This document shows positions 48,137 through 59,737 of a stretch of DNA of 64,000 bases, one piece after another. The stretch's first letter is position 1. Every line of letters begins with the position of its first letter. The DNA comes from Elusimicrobiota bacterium (lineage in GTDB: Bacteria > Elusimicrobiota > Elusimicrobia > UBA1565 > JACRDR01): NCBI GenBank assembly GCA_041694815.1, contig JBGFSC010000010.1, positions 32,001-96,000 on the forward strand. The letters run 5' to 3'. A model generated the notes under the pieces. The model did no database searches. It had not been told where the DNA came from and worked only from the letters and a program-made list of their open reading frames with translations. Made by a program: the position numbers and the translations under genes.

Positions 48137-49636
48137 TTACGGAGCTCCATGCGCCGGCGTCGGCATGTACGGAAAGCCGGGCAGGATGAAGCCATCGTTG
48201 ACGGTCGCCCCGTCGCTCAAAGGCAGGCTTCCATTGGGCGCCTGTCCGGACGGAAGCAGGGCTCCCACCGCGAGGCGCAGGCCGACGTCGACGACATCGT
48301 CTCCGGGCCGGCGACCGTTGGGAAAGCCCGCGGGATCGCAGCCTTGCTTGCTCGCGTTGAACGTGGGGCCCGGATCGAAGCAGTTGAGCGCCCCCAGATT
48401 ATTCTGCGCCCCCCGCAGCGTCGGCGTGATGGAAGTATTGAGCCGCAGCATCTCGCAGGAGGAGCCGTTCTCATTGAGCCCGGGCAGGCCCGTCAGGAAG
48501 GCCTGGAGAAGATCGTTGCGCGGGACGGCCGGAGCGGCATAGCCGAACTGCTGCTCGATCAACGCCGGCAATACCGGGTGCGTGATGTAGTCGAGGAAGG
48601 CGGCATCGTTGATGGGTTTGGACGCGTTGTAGGCGTCCTTGTCCTTGAAGCCGATAAAGAGGTCGTTGGTCAGCGGCATCCCCACCCGCGACACCTGGGT
48701 CCAGGCCCCTCCCTCCCGGGCCGGCTGATCGAAGGTGGGCGACGGGTTGAGGAGGCGGCCTTGACGCAGGCTCGCCGTGGTCCACGCCCCGAGCACGGTG
48801 CCGCTGGAAGGCAGCGAAGAGGAGTCGGTGGCCAGCAAGCAGGCGATCGGCAGCTCCAAGGCCAAGGTCGTCACGTTCTTGCCGCGGTTCTGGCTGATGC
48901 CGCCGCTGGCCGGCCCGACGAGGCTGTTGGAGGAATTCAACAGGTCGTAGATGGCGCCGACGTACATGTCGGCGCGCTCATGCCTCTGGCCCGCAAAGGC
49001 GCGCCCGATGATCGGGCAACCGGGAATGTTAATGTTATAGACGAAGTTATTGGAATAGTCCCGGTACGTCGTGCCGATCCCGAGGCTCTTGAACCCGACA
49101 TAATCGAGGGGCTTTCGGAACATGCTCGATCCCGTTCCGGCGTCGCTGATATCGCCTCCCGTACCGCCGCGCCGGTCTCCACGAATGACCCGGAGGGTGA
49201 AGCTCTCCTCGAGATTAAGCTTGCTCTCGTCGATTACGGTCACGGGCCCCAGGTTGAGCCAGGGGGAGGAAATCTCCTTACCCCCGATGTTCATTGTGAG
49301 GTTCTTGAGCTGATTCTTGAAACGAAATTGGAAGGTCAAGTCCTCCTTGCAGTCCCCGTTATTGTCCACGTGGATCTCGTAGAGGGCATTGGGATCCATG
49401 AAGAAGTAGCTGGGCCCCGAATACGCGTCCTGGAAGGGCTGGTAGTTGGCCACCGCCGTCACGAAATTGCCCCGCCCGGGCTGATAGCTCCTGAAAAAAT
49501 AAAAGTCGGAGCCGTCCACCTTCGGGTGCTCCGATATGAACGGCGCCTCGCGGTAACCCGCGCCCAGCGCCGCCCGGGGGCCGAACGCGACCCAAGCCCA
49601 ACACAGCATGCTAAGTACGATGCCGAATGTTCTCAT
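48137..49636 (-). CDS. DUF4331 family secreted protein
   Basis: Signal; REAPFI...[43 protein letters not shown]. Confidence 0.9.
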   Translation of the reverse strand: MRTFGIVLSMLCWAWVAFGPRAALGAGYREAPFISEHPKVDGSDFYFFRSYQPGRGNFVTAVANYQPFQDAYSGPSYFFMDPNALYEIHVDNNGDCKEDLTFQFRFKNQLKNLTMNIGGKEISSPWLNLGPVTVIDESKLNLEESFTLRVIRGDRRGGTGGDISDAGTGSSMFRKPLDYVGFKSLGIGTTYRDYSNNFVYNINIPGCPIIGRAFAGQRHERADMYVGAIYDLLNSSNSLVGPASGGISQNRGKNVTTLALELPIACLLATDSSSLPSSGTVLGAWTTASLRQGRLLNPSPTFDQPAREGGAWTQVSRVGMPLTNDLFIGFKDKDAYNASKPINDAAFLDYITHPVLPALIEQQFGYAAPAVPRNDLLQAFLTGLPGLNENGSSCEMLRLNTSITPTLRGAQNNLGALNCFDPGPTFNASKQGCDPAGFPNGRRPGDDVVDVGLRLAVGALLPSGQAPNGSLPLSDGATVNDGFILPGFPYMPTPAHGAP

Positions 49637-49821
49637 TCCCGCCTCCTGAACGGCTCAAACTTATACGGACCGCGGCCATTATAGGCGCCGCGCCGCGCCG
49701 CGCCCATATAGGCCTTGTCAGTTTTTTTTATCCGCGCATTGAAACTCCGATCACCCCGCAGCCACCATTCCGTTACGGCCGCGTCCTAGTAGTCCATACG
49801 CCTTCCTCGTATACTAGGGTG

Positions 49822-50952
49822 GTGAAACCGCATTGGATCATCGGCAGGGCGCTCGGAGTCGAGATCGGGATACATCCCAGCTGGCTGGTCTTGGCCGCGC
49901 TCGTGGTGCTCTCGCTGGTGGACACCTTCCTGGTCAACGCGCCGAATTGGAGCCTGGCGATGGTCTGGTCGATTGCCTCGGCCACCGCGGCGCTCTTCTT
50001 CGCATCGCTGATCCTTCACGAACTGGCCCATGCGGCGGTGGCCAAGGCACGCGGGCTGCAGGTCCGCTCGATCACCCTCTTCGCCCTGGGGGGCGTCGCG
50101 CAGATCGCCCAGGAGAGCGCCGACGCCAGGACCGAATTTTGGATGGGCATCGTCGGCCCTCTGACAAGCGCCTTGATTGGCCTCTCCTGCCTCGCCCTCG
50201 CGCAATGGCTGGCGGTCCCGGCGGCGGAGGCGGGACCGCAGCCCGCCGCCGTGCTTCTGGCATGGCTCGGGGCGATCAACGCCGGCCTGGCCGTCTTCAA
50301 TATGATTCCGGGCTTTCCGCTCGACGGCGGGCGGGTGATGCGCGCGGCCGTCTGGAGCGCCACCGGAGACCGCTCGCGGGCCACGCGCTGGTCGGCGCGC
50401 AGCGGCCAAGCCTTCGCCCTGGGCTTCATCCTTTTCGGCCTCGTCCGATTCTTCCAGGGCGCCGGGCTCTCGGGACTTTGGCTCGCTTTCATCGGCTACT
50501 TCCTGCTGGAGGCGGCCACGGCCAGCCTCGCCCAGGTAGCGCTCTCGGAGGCCCTCAGCAGCGTCAAGGTGGCCGACATCATGTCGAAGAGCTACCCCAT
50601 GGTAGCGGGCGAGGAGGATCTCGAGACCTTCGTCGGCCAAGAGCTCATGCGCTCGGGCCGGCGCTGCTTCATCGTGGAGGAGCGCGGCCGCGTCGCCGGG
50701 CTGATCACGCCGCAGGAGGTCAGACGCGTGGACCCCTCCCAATGGTCCAGTACCCCGGTCGATCGGGCCATGCGCCCCTTCAGCGAGCTGCAGACCGTGC
50801 ACCCGGAAACCCCCGTTTCCACGGCCCTTGAGCTCATGGGCCGCGAGGACGTCAACCAATTGCCCGTCGTCGACGACGGGCATCTGCGCGGGCTCGTTTC
50901 CCGCAGCGAGATCATCGGCTTGCTGCAGACGAGAAGCGAAGTGCAGGTCTAG
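49822..50952 (+). CDS. Site-2 (M50) metalloprotease with CBS pair
   Basis: [23 protein letters not shown] and two CBS domains; start set to GTG 49822. Confidence 0.92.
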   Translation: MKPHWIIGRALGVEIGIHPSWLVLAALVVLSLVDTFLVNAPNWSLAMVWSIASATAALFFASLILHELAHAAVAKARGLQVRSITLFALGGVAQIAQESADARTEFWMGIVGPLTSALIGLSCLALAQWLAVPAAEAGPQPAAVLLAWLGAINAGLAVFNMIPGFPLDGGRVMRAAVWSATGDRSRATRWSARSGQAFALGFILFGLVRFFQGAGLSGLWLAFIGYFLLEAATASLAQVALSEALSSVKVADIMSKSYPMVAGEEDLETFVGQELMRSGRRCFIVEERGRVAGLITPQEVRRVDPSQWSSTPVDRAMRPFSELQTVHPETPVSTALELMGREDVNQLPVVDDGHLRGLVSRSEIIGLLQTRSEVQV

Positions 50953-50959
50953 GAGCACT

Positions 50960-52234
50960 GTGCTCGACTGCATCATCGTCGGAGCCGGAGCGGCGGGCCT
51001 GGCCGCGGCCGAGAGGCTTTGCCGCTCGGGGCTGTCCCTTCTGGTCCTAGAGGCTCGAGCTCGCATCGGGGGACGCGTCCATACCGTGTTCCCTTCGCCG
51101 TCGCCCCCGGTCGAGCTGGGCGCCGAATTCATACATGGCAAGCCGGATGAGATATGGCGCTCGGCGTTCTCGCTGAAGATCTGCGACGTCCCGGATACTC
51201 ACTTCCTTAGTAAGGCCGGTCGGATGCTGCCCGTCGCCGATTTCTGGCAGCGCCTGGAAACGGTCACGCGGCGCCTGCGCCGAGGCGGCCGGGACCGCTC
51301 CTTCGACGATTTCCTTAAAACACTGCCGCGCCGCCTTCAAGGCGCCGGGCTTAAGGCGCGCGCCTTCGTGCAGAGCTTCCACGCCGCCGACTGCGCTCGC
51401 ATCGGCGAGCATGGCCTGGCCGCGCTCGCGAAGGCCTCCAAGCGCTACCATGAGGAGAAGACCTTCCGCCCCCTCGACGGCTACGGCAAGCTGATGGAGA
51501 GGTTTTGGCGCTCGAGCGGATTGCCAGCCGAAAGGCTGCTGCGGGGCGTCGCCGTCACGGAGATACGGTGGGGGCCGCGGGAGGTCCGCGTCCGCGCGAG
51601 GAGGCGCCGGGGCGCGGTGGAATTCAAGGCACGCCGGGTCCTGCTTACCCTGCCTGTCGGAACGCTTAGGTCGGGCTCGCCGCGATTTATCCCGGAAATC
51701 GAATCCAAACGGGCGGCCCTCGAAGGCCTTGAGATGGGCCAGGTGGTCAAGCTTATCCTACGTTTTCGGGAGGCCTTTTGGGAGAAATCCGCTCCCGACG
51801 CCGCCTTCTTCCATGCGGCGGACGGGCCCTTCCCCGTGTTCTGGACCGCCCTGCCGCTGCGCGCGCCGCTTCTGACCGCCTGGGCCGGGGGGCCGCCGGC
51901 GGCCCGCCTGAGCGCGCTCGGTGAAAGCGGGATATTGGAGGCGGCGGTCGAGTCCGTTTCCAAGCTCTTTCGAATCTCCAGGCGGCGCGCCAGGGGAGAG
52001 CTGCTTTCCTGGCATTTCCACGACTGGAACAGGGATCCTTTCTCGCTAGGCGCCTATAGCTACGCCGCCGCCGGAGGAGCCTCGGCGCATCGGCGGCTCG
52101 CCCGGCCGCTGGGGCCGCTGTTTTTCGCCGGCGAGGCGACGAATTACGACGGGCAGAACGCCACGGTCAGCGGGGCGATCGCCAGCGGGCGCCGCGCGGC
52201 CTTAGAAATAATTCGAGCCGCGCGAAAAAGATAA
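50960..52234 (+). CDS. Flavin monoamine oxidase family FAD-dependent oxidoreductase
   Basis: IVGAGAAGL, LEARARIGGR, ELGAEFIH, W..DPFSLGAYS, FFAGEAT; aggag RBS before GTG 50960. Confidence 0.9.
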   Translation: MLDCIIVGAGAAGLAAAERLCRSGLSLLVLEARARIGGRVHTVFPSPSPPVELGAEFIHGKPDEIWRSAFSLKICDVPDTHFLSKAGRMLPVADFWQRLETVTRRLRRGGRDRSFDDFLKTLPRRLQGAGLKARAFVQSFHAADCARIGEHGLAALAKASKRYHEEKTFRPLDGYGKLMERFWRSSGLPAERLLRGVAVTEIRWGPREVRVRARRRRGAVEFKARRVLLTLPVGTLRSGSPRFIPEIESKRAALEGLEMGQVVKLILRFREAFWEKSAPDAAFFHAADGPFPVFWTALPLRAPLLTAWAGGPPAARLSALGESGILEAAVESVSKLFRISRRRARGELLSWHFHDWNRDPFSLGAYSYAAAGGASAHRRLARPLGPLFFAGEATNYDGQNATVSGAIASGRRAALEIIRAARKR

Positions 52235-52245
52235 TCGGTCTTAGA

Positions 52246-52515
52246 TTAACGATAGATGTCGCGCCGGTTACCGACCCGCAAAACGAGAACAAGCAACTCC
52301 CGGTCCTCGATGCGCGCGATGATGCGGAAGTCACCCACCCGATACTTCCAGAATTCGCCCAATTTCGAGCCCTTGAGGACCTCGCCGATGCTGCGGGGAT
52401 TCTTGGATGGAGCGACGCGTTGCGAGAGAAACTTTAGAATTCGTCCTGCCGCAGGAGGGTCAAGCTTGTCGAGCTCTTTCGCCGCTCCGGAGTCGAATTC
52501 AATGCGCCAAACCAT
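52246..52515 (-). CDS. relE: RelE/ParE family toxin
   Basis: WRIEF...KEL.KLD, PRSIG..L.G..LGEFWKYRVGDFRII, VGNRRDIYR. Confidence 0.92.
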   Translation of the reverse strand: MVWRIEFDSGAAKELDKLDPPAAGRILKFLSQRVAPSKNPRSIGEVLKGSKLGEFWKYRVGDFRIIARIEDRELLVLVLRVGNRRDIYR

Positions 52516-52723
52516 GCCGCTTCATCACTTTTTCCAGCGGAACGGTTTTCCTGCGCCCCGTGCGGATCGCGACGAGGCGTTTTTCGGCAAGGTATATGTC
52601 TTCGAGTTCTGCGAGATGCTCCAAAATGGCCTCTCGAACATAAAAACTTTTGGTTCGGCCGGTAGATTTCGAGAGCAGATCGAGCCTGGCTTCGATTGAG
52701 GGCGGGAGCCTAATGGCAAGCAT
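52499..52723 (-). CDS. RelB-like ribbon-helix-helix antitoxin
   Basis: MLAIRLP..IE.RL..L...TGRTKSFYVREAI.EHL..LEDIYLA; ggagg RBS. Confidence 0.9.
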   Translation of the reverse strand: MLAIRLPPSIEARLDLLSKSTGRTKSFYVREAILEHLAELEDIYLAEKRLVAIRTGRRKTVPLEKVMKRHGLAH

Positions 52724-52737
52724 GTCTTGCCTCCACG

Positions 52738-52755
52738 TGCTATACAAGTATAGCA
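52738..52755. promoter_or_regulatory. Palindromic operator upstream of relBE
   Basis: TGCTATAC-AA-GTATAGCA perfect inverted repeat. Confidence 0.7.
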
Positions 52756-52789
52756 TAAGGAGCGTCGCTTTACAATGACGAGAAGAGAA

Positions 52790-52861
52790 AGCCGAGGATG
52801 GGAGTCGAACCCACAACCTATCGCTTACGAAGCGATTGCTCTGCCATTGAGCTACCTCGGC
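52790..52861 (-). tRNA. tRNA-Thr(CGT)
   Basis: GCCGAGG acceptor stem, TAGCTCAATGGCAGAGC D-arm, ATCGC-TTCGTAA-GCGAT anticodon arm, GGTTCGACTCC T-arm; CCA not encoded. Confidence 0.95.
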
Positions 52862-52922
52862 GTTGCGCTTAGTTTACAATACTTTTTCGAGGAGATGAAC
52901 TTAAGGCATCTCTTCGTTTTAT

Positions 52923-53132
52923 TTAAGTCCACTGAAAACGAAATTTTTTATGATGTTCAGCACAGTCTCTTAGATAGAGATTCATTAGGCTTTGGTAAGG
53001 CATCCCTGTCGCTCCTGCGACCTGCTTGAAGTATTCGATAGTCTTTTCATCCAAGCGAATCGTAATCTGCCGTTTGAACGCCTTGGCATACGGGTTGCGC
53101 TTGGACTTCGAGAAGTCGTAGCTTTTTCTCAT
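52923..53132 (-). CDS. BrnA-family antitoxin
   Basis: MRKSYDFSK..RNPY, ITIRLD...YFK, MPYQSL.NLYL. Confidence 0.88.
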   Translation of the reverse strand: MRKSYDFSKSKRNPYAKAFKRQITIRLDEKTIEYFKQVAGATGMPYQSLMNLYLRDCAEHHKKFRFQWT

Positions 53133-53133
53133 A

Positions 53134-54307
<1,174 letters not shown>

Positions 54308-54341
54308 GCGATTAGCATACGGGACAGCGCTATGGAAGGGC

Positions 54342-56339
54342 TTAACGCGGCATTAAATCCTCCTTAACTTCCAAGGGGAAAGGCCTTCCGGGGCCGCCCA
54401 AGGCCTGCCGGAGTTTGCGCAGGAGCGACTCCGCGGCGACCGGCTTCTGCAGGAAGACCGCGTCGGGCCCAGGACGCCCCCCATGGCGGAGCACGACGTC
54501 ATCGGTGTAGCCGGACATGAATATGATCTTGATGCCGGGGAAAGCGGAACCGACGTACTCGGCCAACCCGCGACCGCCCACCTCCGGCATGACGATGTCG
54601 GTCAACAGGAGGTCCACGTCGACGCCCTGGCGCTCGAGCAGGCTGATCGCCTCCTTGCCGTTGGACGCTGCCAAGACGTCGTAGCCGTGCTCGGAGAGTA
54701 CCCGGGCGAGCATGCGCCGCACCGACGCGTCGTCTTCGGCCAAAAGAATCGTTTCGGAGCCCCGGACGCTGGTGATCGAGAGATCGTCGATGGGCTGCGG
54801 CTCCGCCGGCGCCTCCGTCCTCGGAAGATAAATTTTAAACGTACTGCCGCGTCCCGGTTCGCTGGATATCTCGATATAGCCCTCGCTTTGTTTGACGATG
54901 CCGTAGAGGGTCGACAAGCCCAGGCCGGTGCCCTTCCCCCGCTCCTTCGTCGTGAAGAAGGGCTCGAAGAGATGGGAGAGCACGTCGAAGTCCATGCCAC
55001 ATCCCGTGTCCGAGACCGAAATCATAACGTAGCGGCCGGGCGGCACGATGTCGTGCCTCCCCACGATCTCTTTCTCGAGCCAGACATCCCTCGTTACGAT
55101 GGAGATCGTCCCGCCGTCGGGCATCGCATCACGCGCGTTGACGGCCAAATTCAGGATCACCTGCTCGATCTGCCCGCCGTCGGCCTTGACGTTGCCCAGG
55201 CCCGGCTCTAAGTCCACCGCGAGGGAGAGGTCCTCGCCGATGAGCCTGCGCAGCATCTTCTCCATCCCCGAGACGATCGCGTTGATGTTGAGCACCGTGG
55301 CCGAGAGCAATTGCCTCCGGCTGAAGGCCAGCAGCTGGCGCGTCAGCGACGCGGCGCGGCGGGAGGCGTCGATGATCTCGCGGACGTCGTTGAGGCGCGG
55401 GTCCGAGCCGGCGCTCAAGCTCACCTCCAAGATACGGCTGTAGCCCATGATCGCGGTGAGCAGGTTGTTGAAATCGTGGGCGACTCCTCCCGCCAGGCGC
55501 CCGATGGCGTCCATTTTCTGGGAGTGTTGCAGCCTCAATTCCAATTCCTTGCGCTCGGTGATGTCGGTGACCATGGCCAAGACCCCGGTATAGCGCCCCG
55601 CATGGTCGACGATCGGGCTCGTGACGACCAGGGCCCAAAGCTCGCTGCCGTCCTTGCGCCGAAAACGGAAGTCGAACTGCTCGCGCATCCCGCCGCGCCG
55701 GCGCTCCATATGCTCCACGGCGCTCTTGCGCGCGTCGTCGTCCATGAAGGCGTAGACCAGCTGCCCCTGCATCTGGCCGACGGTATACCCCAGCAGATCG
55801 GCCATCTTTTGATTGACGAAGGTGGTCTTATTCTCGGCGTCGATCATCCACACGCCTTCTTCCGCCGTCTCGATAATCCTCCGATAGCGCTCCTCGCTAT
55901 CTTGCAGGGCCGCGACGGCCCGCTGCCGCTCGATGGCGTACTGGATCGAGCGGATCAGCAGGCTGGGGACGATTTCTCCCTTGAATAGGTAGTCCTGCGC
56001 GCCATCGCGTATGGCCTGGGTGACCATCCACTCGGTCCGATGGCCCGTCATGACGATGATCGGCAATTGCGGCGCGGCCGCGTGCACCTTCCGGACGGTC
56101 TCTATCCCGTCGGAGTCGGGAAGGCCCAAGTCCAACAAGACCAGATCGATGCCCCCCAACGACAGTCGTCGGAGCGCGCCGCCTAAGGACAAGACATGCT
56201 GTAGCTCGAAGCTTCCGGCGTCCGCTTTCTGAAGGTACTCCCGGATGAGCGCGGCGTTCGCCTCGCTGTCTTCGACCAGGAGCAGCCGAATCGCCTTCGC
56301 GCCGTTACGTCCATGCCCTAAAACCATATAATCCTCCAT
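54342..56339 (-). CDS. Hybrid histidine kinase REC-PAS-HisKA-HATPase-REC (CckA-like)
   Basis: QKMDAIGRLAGGVAHDFNN, NARDAM, EPFFTTK..GKGTGLGL; REC at both ends. Confidence 0.93.
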   Translation of the reverse strand: MEDYMVLGHGRNGAKAIRLLLVEDSEANAALIREYLQKADAGSFELQHVLSLGGALRRLSLGGIDLVLLDLGLPDSDGIETVRKVHAAAPQLPIIVMTGHRTEWMVTQAIRDGAQDYLFKGEIVPSLLIRSIQYAIERQRAVAALQDSEERYRRIIETAEEGVWMIDAENKTTFVNQKMADLLGYTVGQMQGQLVYAFMDDDARKSAVEHMERRRGGMREQFDFRFRRKDGSELWALVVTSPIVDHAGRYTGVLAMVTDITERKELELRLQHSQKMDAIGRLAGGVAHDFNNLLTAIMGYSRILEVSLSAGSDPRLNDVREIIDASRRAASLTRQLLAFSRRQLLSATVLNINAIVSGMEKMLRRLIGEDLSLAVDLEPGLGNVKADGGQIEQVILNLAVNARDAMPDGGTISIVTRDVWLEKEIVGRHDIVPPGRYVMISVSDTGCGMDFDVLSHLFEPFFTTKERGKGTGLGLSTLYGIVKQSEGYIEISSEPGRGSTFKIYLPRTEAPAEPQPIDDLSITSVRGSETILLAEDDASVRRMLARVLSEHGYDVLAASNGKEAISLLERQGVDVDLLLTDIVMPEVGGRGLAEYVGSAFPGIKIIFMSGYTDDVVLRHGGRPGPDAVFLQKPVAAESLLRKLRQALGGPGRPFPLEVKEDLMPR

Positions 56340-56449
56340 AAACTACAAAAGACAAGTACCGCACGGCGGGCGCTTACGCAAGACTCATTTGGTCACAGCC
56401 CCTTTTCTCGAGAGGGAAAAGCCTTTTTCAGGCGATCTTTACCGTGCCT

Positions 56450-57181
56450 TTACCGTGGCGGGTTGTGGGAATGAGCGAATTCCACGTTGAATCCGTAGCC
56501 CTGCCCCTTGTCGCTCATGATGAGCTCACGCAACGGTCCGAGCTTCCCGCGTATATTGCGCACATGCGCCTTGACGGTCGCCGAGAGCGCGGGTGGCCAG
56601 GCATGGTAAAGCTTTTTATAGAGGACTTTCTTATCCACGAACCGGCCCTCGGCGCTCATGAGCAAGGCGCAGATGCCGCTTTCCAAGGGCGTTAGCCGGA
56701 TAGCCTGCTCTCCGACGCTCAAGCAATGCGCGCAAACATCGAGCGCCGCCCCGCCCACCCGGATGATCCATTGGGAATTGCCTCGAAAGCGCCGCCTGCG
56801 GATGAGCCCCTGAATCCGGGCCATGAGCCTTTCGGGACCCACCGGGCGGATCAAATAATCGTCGGCGCCCAACTCGAGGCATTCCACCTCTCGCTCCAGG
56901 CGCCGGTCCGCGGTTAGAATCAGGATTGGAAGGTAAAAGGTCTTCTCCTGCTCCCTCAGCCGGCGGCACACCTCCTCGCCGGGCATTCCCGGCATCATCA
57001 GGTCCAGGATGACCAAATCGGGGAGCTCGCCGGCGGCCATACGCAACCCCCGTACCCCGCTCGGCGCCCACAGCACTCGATATTCGGACCGTCGCTCGAG
57101 AAGGGAGCGCAGCAGCTCCGCCGACTCCTCCTCGTCATCGATGACTAGTATCGTAAAGGAAAGCCCGGATGCCTCACCCAT
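56450..57181 (-). CDS. OmpR-family response regulator
   Basis: REC plus winged helix (LTPLE, VKAHVRNIRGKL, GQGY); start set to ATG 57181. Confidence 0.88.
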   Translation of the reverse strand: MGEASGLSFTILVIDDEEESAELLRSLLERRSEYRVLWAPSGVRGLRMAAGELPDLVILDLMMPGMPGEEVCRRLREQEKTFYLPILILTADRRLEREVECLELGADDYLIRPVGPERLMARIQGLIRRRRFRGNSQWIIRVGGAALDVCAHCLSVGEQAIRLTPLESGICALLMSAEGRFVDKKVLYKKLYHAWPPALSATVKAHVRNIRGKLGPLRELIMSDKGQGYGFNVEFAHSHNPPR

Positions 57182-57275
57182 ATTATCATAATTGTAACAT
57201 ATATTATTATAAAAACAATGGCTGCGCCCGCGGCGGCTTGACCCGGCAGCACAAAAAAACAACAATGGCCCGATA

Positions 57276-58751
57276 ATGTCGGCGCTCAAGGCGGTTTTTG
57301 CGTCGGCTTTGCTGCTTGCGGCGATCGATCTCCCCGCGGGCGCCGTCCCCGCTTTCACACCGGAAAACGGCATTCGAATCTCCTCCGCCGTGCTCCAGGC
57401 CGCGACAGGCTCCTACCCGACCCTGCGCGCCTATTACATCCGAAACAGCAGCCATGTGCTATCGGCCATCACCGCCGACGGCATGACATTCAACGAGGAG
57501 GCCGGCGTGCGCCTCTCAAGCCTGACGGTACCGGCACTCGATATCGGGATCAGCTCCATCACGGGCCTTTCCATCCTGCCGCTTAATTCGGGCGGGTTTC
57601 GCATGCTCTATTCCGTCATCGGGACCACGGGGAGCTACCGCATCTACAGCGCGACCTCGGCCGACGGCCTTGCCTGGGCCAACGAGGCGGGGGCAAAGAT
57701 CAACAGCTCCACGACCTTCTCGGGGATGCCGAGCCTGGTAAAGCTGGGCACCGGGGACTGGAGGCTCTACTACATCCAAAATTCCATCGCGGGGAACCAG
57801 CCGGCAAACTATCGGATTTATACGGCCTTGTCCACCAACGAGGGCGCGAGCTTCGGCTCGGCATCCCAGGCGCACAGCGCGCAGGCGGGCGAGGTCAGCG
57901 CGGTCCTGCGCACCGACAACAGGGTCCGCCTTTACTACACGGCCCCGGCCGCCGGCTCGAGCAGTAACACCACCATCGTCAGCGCGTTGTCGACGGACGC
58001 CAACGGCACGTCCTTCTCCACGGAATCCGACGTCCGCCTCTCGACACCCGTTACCAGCGGCAGCCTGGCCTACCCCTTCGTCCTGCGCTCGACGGAGGCC
58101 GCCCCGTCCTATCGCTGGCGGATGTATTACGATTTCAACGGCCCCGGGCTGAGCACGGGGAATGTCCACAGCGCGTTGACGACGGCCCCGGACCCCCAAT
58201 CCATCTCCCCCTCCACCGTGCTTAACGCCAGCCCCGCCGTTTCGCTGACGATCAGCGGCGAGGTCTTTTCCCCGTCCCCCTCGGTCAAGCTCACGAGCGG
58301 CGGCCAGGCCGATATCACGGGAACGGCGGTTACCCGCTCTAATGACCAAACCATCACCGCCACCTTTAATGTCCAGGACAAGGCGCCGGGCTTTTGGAAC
58401 GTGGTGGTCGCCAATTCGGACGGCGTGTCCAAGACCCTGGCCAATGCCCTAACCATCGACTTCTCCAATGGCAGCGCCTCGGTCACCGACAATCTGCTGC
58501 GCCCACGCCTCGGCGGCACCGCCAAGATCGCGGTCGTTACCTACAATGCCGGTCACCTCACCGTAAAGCTATACACGCTGGGCGGCGCGTTGGTATCGAC
58601 GCTCTTCGATGGAGAACGGGCGGCGGGCACCCTCAACCTCACCTGGGACGGCAAGACGGCGCAGGGCAACACCGTCGCCAGCGGCGTCTACCTACTTAAG
58701 ACCACGGGACCAAAAATCAACGTGATTAACAAGATCGTGGTAATCAAATGA
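57276..58751 (+). CDS. Secreted beta-propeller/Ig protein with C-terminal FlgD-Ig (CTD-like) domain
   Basis: Signal; repeated R.YY...SA.S.DG..(F/W)..E.G.R blades; Ig domain; WDGK..GNTVASGVY...KIVVIK. Confidence 0.8.
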   Translation: MSALKAVFASALLLAAIDLPAGAVPAFTPENGIRISSAVLQAATGSYPTLRAYYIRNSSHVLSAITADGMTFNEEAGVRLSSLTVPALDIGISSITGLSILPLNSGGFRMLYSVIGTTGSYRIYSATSADGLAWANEAGAKINSSTTFSGMPSLVKLGTGDWRLYYIQNSIAGNQPANYRIYTALSTNEGASFGSASQAHSAQAGEVSAVLRTDNRVRLYYTAPAAGSSSNTTIVSALSTDANGTSFSTESDVRLSTPVTSGSLAYPFVLRSTEAAPSYRWRMYYDFNGPGLSTGNVHSALTTAPDPQSISPSTVLNASPAVSLTISGEVFSPSPSVKLTSGGQADITGTAVTRSNDQTITATFNVQDKAPGFWNVVVANSDGVSKTLANALTIDFSNGSASVTDNLLRPRLGGTAKIAVVTYNAGHLTVKLYTLGGALVSTLFDGERAAGTLNLTWDGKTAQGNTVASGVYLLKTTGPKINVINKIVVIK

Positions 58752-59683
58752 TCCCGCGACTTTCCCTCGCCCTACTTTTGTTGCCCGCGACGCTCTACGC
58801 GGAAGCGGGGCGTACGGCGGCTTCCGCGCTTTTGCTACGGCCCCTAAGCGTGCGCGCCAACGCCATGGGGGAGGCCTTTGTCGCCGCCGACGGGGGCATC
58901 GACTCCTTCGGCTACAATCCCGCCGGGCTGACCGCGACCCAGCGGCCGTCCCTGCAGAGCCTCTACACACCGGGCGTCGTCGAGGATCGATTCAGCTTCA
59001 CCAGCTACGCGCACCCCCTGCCCTTCGGCGTACTGTCCGTCGGCGGAATGTATTACGACGCGGGCGACCTGCACCTTCAATTTTCCGATGGCACCCACCG
59101 CAACGTCAAGGCGGAGCAAGACATGGCCGGCATTCTCGGCTTAAGCCTGCCCCTGCCCTTGGGGTTGAGCGCTGGAGCCTCGGCCAAGGTGTTCCGCGTC
59201 GAACTCGCCGAAACGGCTAAGGCCACCGGCTATGCGTTCGACGTCGGGGGAGTCTGGCGGTCCCCCCTCAAGGGACTCAACCTAGGAGCGGCCGTCAATA
59301 ATGCCGGGCCCGACCTCAAATTCGAGGAGCAGGGAGACCCTCTCCCCACGGCGTTTCGCTTCGGAGCTGCCTATTCGCTCAACCTGGAATCGGCGCTCGC
59401 CACGCGTGAATCGATCCTCGCGCTGAGCCGCTTCCTTTTCTGCGTCGACGCGGTCAAGGTCCGCGAGGAGAGGCTCTCCCCCCGCGCCGGAGTCGAGATG
59501 TCGGCCCCCTTGCTCGATCGGGGTCACGCCGCCCTGCGCCTCGGCCATCTCTTCGCCTCGAGCCCCGACTCCTTCACCTTCGGCATCGGCCTTAAGGAAA
59601 GGCGCTTCGTCTTCGACTACGCCTTCGGCGTGAAGCGGGAGCTCAGCAATGTCCATCACTTCTCGATCGGCGTCGTATTTTGA
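58748..59683 (+). CDS. PorV/PorQ (UPF0164) family outer-membrane beta-barrel
   Basis: RANAMGEAF.A...YNPAGL, D.G, PLP..FR.G, DYAF, C-terminal Phe. Confidence 0.85.
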   Translation: MIPRLSLALLLLPATLYAEAGRTAASALLLRPLSVRANAMGEAFVAADGGIDSFGYNPAGLTATQRPSLQSLYTPGVVEDRFSFTSYAHPLPFGVLSVGGMYYDAGDLHLQFSDGTHRNVKAEQDMAGILGLSLPLPLGLSAGASAKVFRVELAETAKATGYAFDVGGVWRSPLKGLNLGAAVNNAGPDLKFEEQGDPLPTAFRFGAAYSLNLESALATRESILALSRFLFCVDAVKVREERLSPRAGVEMSAPLLDRGHAALRLGHLFASSPDSFTFGIGLKERRFVFDYAFGVKRELSNVHHFSIGVVF

Positions 59684-59709
59684 AAAAGGCACGGCAATTT
59701 AGGTATAAT
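59680..59709 (+). promoter_or_regulatory. Sigma70 promoter of the hopanoid operon
   Basis: TTGAAA-N18-TATAAT. Confidence 0.6.
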
Positions 59710-59737
59710 ATGCAATTCTTATCTGTTCTATGACGAC

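Noticed and set aside
48149..51141. 511-aa (+) and 451-aa (-) ORFs
   Set aside because: Shadows of DUF4331 and the site-2 protease.
52790..52810. att-site duplicate of the tRNA 3' end
   Set aside because: No second copy spotted by eye, including near the far end of the T2SS block; a computational search is still needed.
57182..57275. AT-rich tract as a replication origin or ncRNA
   Set aside because: Short, lacks DnaA-box clusters or stable structure; explained by divergent promoters.
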